Assembly (NCBI GenBank): GCA_012295275.1
Contig: CM022679.1
Coordinates: 7,564,001-7,628,000 of the forward strand
Origin: Chrysomallon squamiferum
Taxonomy: Eukaryota > Animalia > Mollusca
Length of the DNA: 64,000 nucleotides
Direction of reading: 5' to 3'
Numbering within the stretch: the first letter of the stretch is position 1; the number at the start of each line of letters is the position of its first letter. The notes under the pieces were generated by a model. It saw only the letters and a list, made by a program, of their open reading frames with translations. It was not told the DNA's origin and searched no databases. The position numbers and the translations under genes were made by a program. This document shows, one piece after another, positions 59,829 to 64,000 of the stretch.

Positions 59829-60521
59829 CTTTCTTTTCGCGGCAGCTAACTGAAGTCTGCGTTTGTTTCCGGCGTCGCTCTTGAAGTTCTTCACCCAGAT
59901 GTTATATCCGATTTTCGAATAGGAAAAAATGAGGATCACGAGAGGTCCGAAGTACTGCAGGACCATGAGCGCCAAGCTGTAGGCATACTTCTTGCTCTGG
60001 TCTTCCCACATTTCCAGACACTGGCCGCTGGTGTTGGAGAAGTAGATCATCCGAGATTTGAGCAGAGTGGGCAAGGGTATGGCCAGCGAAATGGCCCATA
60101 TCGCGGCTATGACGAACACCGTTTTCCGCGGGGTGATCCGCTTCACAAACGGGTGTACGATGGCGATGTACCGGTCTATGCTCATGGCGACAAGCGTGTA
60201 GGAACTCATCAGAACCATGACGACCTGGATGTAGAGGACCACGGGACACATCCCAGCCTCGAATGGCCAGTAGTTTTTGAGGTTGACGATGAAGGTGAAA
60301 GGAATACAGAAAATTGCCAGGAGTATGTCGCTGATGGCCAGGTTCACTATGAAGTAGTTGGGCACGGTGTGCATCCTCTTGTAAGCGAACACGAGGTAGC
60401 AGACGATGGTGTTGCCGCCGATTGCGGTGATGGTGATGACGGAGTAGAGAATGATGAGAAACGTCTCGACATGTTCGGATATTTCCCAAGGAAACTGTTC
60501 CTGGTTTTCTGTGACATTCAT
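59829..60521 (-). CDS. Gene B, coding exon 1: second luqin/RYamide-receptor-like GPCR (TM1-TM5, 231 codons)
   Basis: ATG at 60521 is preceded in frame by TAG TGA GTA. Protein reads MNVT (glycosylation site), GGN, NLAISD, YWPF, CPVVLYIQ, DRY, GQCLEMW, LQYFGPL. Ends AAAKRK at donor AAG|GTTTGT (intron starts 59828), phase 0. The rest of ORF 59583..60521 is intronic triplet repeat. Confidence 0.93.
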
Positions 60522-61709
60522 TACTCACTAAGTGACAAACACAACTAAAACCGAAATACTTCACGTAATATCGGTTTATAGATTAAATCCTTTTGTTCTT
60601 AATTCTGCACAATAAATTCCACGTTTTCCAAAAATTTGAAAAAAAGAAAAAAATAATAATAATAATAAATAAATAAAATATCTAACTATATATCAAAAAT
60701 TCAAAATACATCAGTTGTAATTTTTTTTTTGCTGTTAATAAAATAATATTTACTTATTATTTTTAACAAGCCATCAATCGTGTGCTTCTTTCGAAAGATT
60801 TCCTTGACATGATGAAGTTTTATATCAGCCCTCACTTCTTTTACTACGAAGAAATAGCCAGTAAAAGTAAAATTTACTAGGATGACTGACTAACTCTGTA
60901 TTTCTGTTATTTATTATTTTTTATGGTTATTATACTCCCTCACGTGCTGGTCTGTGTGTAACGTAATAATGTACTCCATGTTGCTTCAAAATATGTTAAT
61001 TAAAACTGTATCCAATAATCTTCGTCTGGTGTTTTTTTTTATATTCTTTTTTTATTTTGCCGCTGTTGTTGCTGTTTGGTTTTTTTCTTCTTCTTCTTCT
61101 TCTTCTTGTTTCCTTCCTAATCACAACAATATCAGCTTCATTGTGGAGACATTAGACCCATGCAGTTTCAAATGAATTTATTATTATTTTAAATTAACAT
61201 TTTCCTTTCAAGATATTTTTTTTTTTTAACTCCAGCTAATTTTGTTTTCTTCTTTTGGTTAGATCAACGTTGTTTTCTCCAGATCTGTTATTGTTGTTTT
61301 CACATAAATATCACAATTTATTCGCCTCAGAATAAATTTGTATTCTTTTTAATTTTTTTCCTTAATTGTTTTTTTATTTCAAATTCTTAAAACATTCCGC
61401 CGTTAATACCTTGAATTTCAATTTTCTTCCGTTTCTTTTTTTTTTCTTTCCTTCTCCTTTTTTAATATTTTTTTATTTTTTTTTTTTTTTTAATTGTTTT
61501 GTTCTTTCGGTCGATTTAATTTCAAAACGTCAAAACACTTCCAGTTTTAGAAAAGTATGTAAACCTCCCTTTACCAACCAGAAAACTTTTCTTTTTTTTT
61601 CTTCTTTTATTATTCCGCTGTAATCCATTCAGTGTAATTTCCTCCATGTGCCGGCGCCTCACATCAGAAGCTAAAAGCATTTACTATTCGTTTTATCATT
61701 TCTTTTTCT

Positions 61710-61743
<34 letters not shown>

Positions 61744-61789
61744 CCGAAAAGGTAAATAGATAGATGTTATTCTCGAATAAATATGATGT

Positions 61790-62180
61790 TTATCTGCGAG
61801 GCTGCATTTTATCAGCGGGAAGACCCGTCTTCCAACCGACACCTTGCCATTGGAAGAAACGGGGAAAAGTTACAAGAGCCGATATGACTGGACGACTAAC
61901 GTCAGCTAAAATAATCGAAAATACAGGCGCACACTACACACACACACACGCGGCCACTGTGCAGCGTAGAGCGCGGAGGCAAATCGTTAGGTAACCGATA
62001 CAGCGTATATTATTGGTAACCAATAAATAACTGTTCGTTTTCGCTGAAGGGTTAGGTCAATGATTTAATTAAACCCGACACGGACTGACGCGCATGTCCG
62101 CCGTGTTACGTACTCTGAACGATTACGCAAGAAGTCAGAAAAACGCGCTGAACTTGCAGCAGGTTCGAAAAACGAGCTTT
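61790..62180 (-). promoter_or_regulatory. CpG-enriched patch ~1.3-1.7 kb upstream of the gene B ATG; candidate promoter
   Basis: High CpG density; inverted double CCAAT palindrome ttattggt-a-accaataa at 62010-62026. Confidence 0.35.
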
Positions 62181-62233
62181 TGTCATATAAAAGAATGTGA
62201 TAATAAATATATTTTTTGTGTTTTTGTTTAATG

Positions 62234-62753
62234 ATGCACTGAACATATTTTAATTTAAGTGATGTGGCGTCATGTGTATGTGGTCGATTTTCGCACGGAA
62301 AATCAGAGAGGAAACTCGCTTCCGCTAAGCGGTCACGTTTTCTTTGTTTTCTTTTCTCTTATCCTTTTTATTTTTTTTTTCTTAGTTTATTTTTTTTTTT
62401 TTTTTTTTTTTCTTAGTTTTATTTTTATTTTTATTTTTTTCTTGAATATTTATTTATTTTATTTATTTATTTATTTATTATTTGTATTTTTTTTTTTTTT
62501 TTTAGTGATTAGATGGCAAGAAAAAACATATCACTGCTTTAGGTAAGAGTGATAGAGTTCTTAAAAGCGAAATGATTTATATTGACTAAAATATAATATT
62601 ATTAAAAATAAATAAATTAGTATTTTATGCACTGAACATATTTTAATCTAAATGATATGGCGTCATGTATGTGGTCGATTTGCGTACGGAAAATGAGAGA
62701 GGAAACCCGCTTCCGTAAAGCAGTCACGTTTTCTTTCTATTCTTTTTTCTGTT

Positions 62754-62800
<47 letters not shown>

Positions 62801-62971
62801 CTCTGTTTTTCTTTTTATTTATTTATAATATTTTTTGTTTTATTTATTTATTTATTTATTTTTTAAATTTTTATTGATTAGATGACAAGAAAACACATAT
62901 CACTGTTTTAGGTTAGAGTGATAAAGTTCTTAAAGAGAAAGGGTTTATTTTTACTAAAGTATAATATTATT
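62234..62971. repeat. Tandem duplication, 393-bp offset, two copies
   Basis: atgcactgaacatattttaat...ggcgtcatgt...gtggtcgattt...gagaggaaac..cgcttccg...gtcacgttttcttt, a T-rich tract, then gattagatg.caagaaaa.acatatcactg; copies begin at 62234 and 62627. Confidence 0.92.
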
Positions 62972-63061
62972 TACAGGCAGTTAGTTGCCTTCTCTTTTTC
63001 TCTTACTTCAATTTGCATTAATTGTGTGTGTATTGCATATGTGTCGCTGTAAATATGTGCC

Positions 63062-63096
<35 letters not shown>

Positions 63097-63557
63097 GAGA
63101 AACGAAAGTGACTATCGGAGTAATTTGTCATCGTCTACAGGACTCTGTGAATATCACTTACAGAAAAACAAGTATGGATTTACGGGATCTCGCTGTATTA
63201 CCGAGCAACGCCTTGAGGCGGGAAGCTGTAGCGATGTGCTGTGTCTCTGTACACAGCTGATTACGGGGGGGGGGGGTAATACTGCTGAGACTTCTCGCTA
63301 ACTCATGTTAAATAACGTCTTGGACAATAACAAAAATAATTTTTCCCCAGCTATTGCTATTGTTCTTGTTTTATATATTTTATTTTATTTTTTTATTATT
63401 ATTATTATTATTATTTTTTTTTAAGTATTATTAGTTTTCATATATATATACTATATATATATATACTATTGTGGGGTCACTTGCTTTGTGCTTATCCATA
63501 TCCCCTTCTCATTCTCATGTCATTCACGCATTCAGACATATCTATCAAGCATACCCA

Positions 63558-63559
<2 letters not shown>

Positions 63560-63631
<72 letters not shown>
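63560..63631. repeat. (CT)n microsatellite
   Basis: Directly visible. Other simple runs at 10075-10137, 26918-26974, 47542-47607 and 52831-52882. Confidence 0.95.
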
Positions 63632-63634
<3 letters not shown>

Positions 63635-64000
63635 GTTTTTCGTATTCTCTGTCTGTCCGTGTGTCCGTCTACCTCGCACGGTCTTTCTTTCTCTCATATA
63701 TTTCTTTCTTTTTCATACTCTTTCAATTTTTCTTTGTTTTTCTTCTTTTTCCCGTTTTACATTATCCTCATAGATCGTCACACGTGAGACACGAACTGGA
63801 GAAGTCTGCAAGCTAAACTAAAAGGGCTTTTTTTTTTAACGTAGAAGTGATTTTCCTTAATAAGCAAGAATACGAAACGAAAGCAGTGTTTTCTTTTGTG
63901 TTTTCTTTAATAAGAAAAATCAGACACGTCTGACCAAAACGTGAACTTGCGACTATTATTATTATTTTCAAAAACGCAGACGACCGTTAATAAGCTTTCC

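Noticed and set aside
62501-62550. Plus-strand micro-exon look-alike (T-tract, AG ... AG|GTAAGA) in the duplicated block
   Set aside because: Donor is weakened in copy 2, no partner exons, and such signals are common in T-rich DNA.

Overview
Eukaryotic (animal, most likely molluscan) genomic DNA: very AT-rich and dense in homopolymers, microsatellites and minisatellites. Only two protein-coding genes are supported. Both are intact rhodopsin-class neuropeptide GPCRs of the luqin/RYamide receptor type, arranged tail-to-tail. Gene A is on the + strand (CDS 19271-20023 + 28750-29166, 389 aa) and gene B on the - strand (CDS 60521-59829 + 44182-43715, 386 aa). Each is split by one long phase-0 GT-AG intron at the identical position just before TM6, so they are ancient paralogs. 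They share the amidated-peptide anchor residues Q3.32 and D6.59 but differ at other pocket positions (N6.52/N6.55/H7.39 vs H6.52/T6.55/Q7.39) and in ICL3 and the C-tail, suggesting a sub-functionalised receptor pair. The rest is non-coding: decayed copies of one SINE-like family, tandem arrays with ~5/10, 22, 26, 38, 46 and 70 bp units, two local duplications, a very long (CT)n tract and a few CpG-enriched patches. The other ORFs in the track are repeat-derived, antisense shadows or unsupported. Family names rest on motifs and recalled sequences; no database search was run.
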